DNA from: Thermoplasmata archaeon
Lineage (GTDB): Archaea > Thermoplasmatota > Thermoplasmata > UBA10834
Reading direction: 5' to 3'
NCBI GenBank assembly: GCA_022865445.1
Contig: JALHSX010000153.1
Location: 1-26,728, forward strand
DNA: 26,728 nucleotides
Under the pieces are notes generated by a model, which saw nothing but the letters and a program-made list of their open reading frames with translations, was not told the origin of the DNA and searched no databases. The position numbers were made by a program, and so were the translations under genes. This document shows positions 25,502 through 26,728 of this stretch, piece after piece; position 1 is the stretch's first letter; every line of letters begins with the position of its first letter.

Positions 25502-26728
25502 CTAGTACTGGTTGATCTCAGCTTTCATGAATTCCCTCATGAGCGTGGTCGCGTAGCATCCCTTGGTCAGGGTGAACTGGAACGTGGCCTCACCCTCGCC
25601 CACATTGATCGCGAGGTCCTTGTATGACGAGAGGATCTCTCTCCTCGAACCTTTTGAGGACGCCTCCCTAAGTCCGACTATCTGGAAATCCAGTTTCGAT
25701 ATTTCCTCGGCCTCGACTATCTTCCTCTCAATCTCCCCCATCCTCCCGTCAGCGAAGACCGATTCAGTTCCATAAAGAAGACCGCTGACGAAAGCCTTAC
25801 CCTCCTTCGCGTTGCGCGTAGCCTTCTCAAGATTATCGACGGAGACGAGAATCGAATTGTCGTGGTCAGGGACGTTCGTCTTGCTCAGAGGCAGTACCAG
25901 GTCCCCTACCTCTGGCTCTCTTAACGACATGCCCTTTCTGATCCTCTCACTCAGAATGCGGTTGAACAGGAATGACTGGTACGCGTGGACGAACATCATG
26001 AGGAGGTTGTACGGCAGCAGCCTGAGAGCCCCCACGTAGTCGGCCGGGTGGTCCTTGATATGTCCTATCATCGTGCGCTCGAAGCTGAGCTTCATCGGGA
26101 ACTCGCGGAAGGCCCTTTCGAAGTCCCTCGTCTCTTGCAGCGCCCGCCTGGCATCGTTCGCTTCCGAACTCTCCTCGTCCATGGGGTTCGCAACATACCT
26201 CATCACGGCCCCTTCGAAATCGCCGCGAATCAGGTCTTTCCCGATCAGATGCGTGATGGGCCTGACAGAACCGAATCTCTGGATGCCGAAAAAGTTGGGG
26301 AATCCTCCGATCGAGTCTAGCTTCGCCTTGACCGAATCGCAGACGGCCTTCGCATCTACGCCAGCATCGATGTCCGCGACCCCTATCTTGAACCTGTTCC
26401 CGACGAGGTCGCCTATGGAAATCATCCGCCTTGCCCTGTATGCGTCAAGAATCTCGACATCTGGTATAGTGAGCGATTGCACGGCCTCGATAGGCGCATT
26501 GAAGGACATCAGCTGAGTTGACACGGAGCGCCCGTCCTTAGTGCCCGCGAAACCGATCTTCGCTCTGCCGATCCTGAGGTTGCTCCCAAGCCTGCGGACC
26601 AGCCTATTGGCCTCCCAGTTCCTGTGCCACACCTTGGCGATGACGAACTTGCCCTCGGGGTCAGCTGGCGGCAGAATGGAGATCTCGTCTACCTGAAAGT
26701 CCTCCGGAGTCTTCCGAAGCTTTCCCCC
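25502..26728 (-). CDS. truD: tRNA pseudouridine(13) synthase TruD (5' truncated by window edge)
   Basis: The frame stays open to the window edge (GGKLRKTPEDFQVDE at 26728 onward). Catalytic FAGTKD, GNRF, FPNFFGIQRFG, FVHAYQSFLFN, KGSRR, F.LTKGCYAT..REFMK. Confidence 0.96.
   Translation of the reverse strand, partial: GGKLRKTPEDFQVDEISILPPADPEGKFVIAKVWHRNWEANRLVRRLGSNLRIGRAKIGFAGTKDGRSVSTQLMSFNAPIEAVQSLTIPDVEILDAYRARRMISIGDLVGNRFKIGVADIDAGVDAKAVCDSVKAKLDSIGGFPNFFGIQRFGSVRPITHLIGKDLIRGDFEGAVMRYVANPMDEESSEANDARRALQETRDFERAFREFPMKLSFERTMIGHIKDHPADYVGALRLLPYNLLMMFVHAYQSFLFNRILSERIRKGMSLREPEVGDLVLPLSKTNVPDHDNSILVSVDNLEKATRNAKEGKAFVSGLLYGTESVFADGRMGEIERKIVEAEEISKLDFQIVGLREASSKGSRREILSSYKDLAINVGEGEATFQFTLTKGCYATTLMREFMKAEINQY

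Noticed and set aside
25304-25504. The zinc-ribbon ORF is in frame with truD across a single TAG and 12 sense codons, suggesting amber read-through or pyrrolysine fusion
   Set aside because: TruD ends at its normal C-terminus. The small gene has its own promoter-like element in the gap, and TAG is the commonest stop here. The in-frame arrangement is easily chance.

Overview
Gene-dense archaeal chromosomal segment, with no sign of phage, CRISPR or transposase. It most resembles a Thermoplasmatota/Thermoplasmata-like euryarchaeote; this is an inference from the thermosome plus GrpE-DnaK-DnaJ, PAN, aMBF1, archease, GfcR, an alkyltransferase-EndoV fusion and BRE/TATA promoters. I support 27 CDSs. 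Two are truncated by the window edges (thiL, truD), and one is a 53-aa zinc-ribbon gene missing from the ORF track. Most of the window is housekeeping: DNA repair, CoA/NAD/isoprenoid metabolism, pgk and a large proteostasis cluster. I cannot demonstrate a new multi-gene system. The best leads are: (1) a 622-aa B12-binding radical SAM enzyme with a C-terminal extension resembling an SCP2 lipid-binding fold, next to a degenerate tRNA-Ala-like remnant and near a haloarchaeal-type phosphomevalonate decarboxylase; (2) a 4xCBS + HPF-like putative ribosome hibernation factor; (3) an AGT-EndoV fusion whose PCHRV motif reads PCRRV; (4) an archaeal YqgF/Tex-like RNase H-fold protein; (5) a catalytically degenerate HisA paralog; (6) strongly TAG-biased stop codons (16 of 27). 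All family assignments come from motif recognition by eye; no database search was run.
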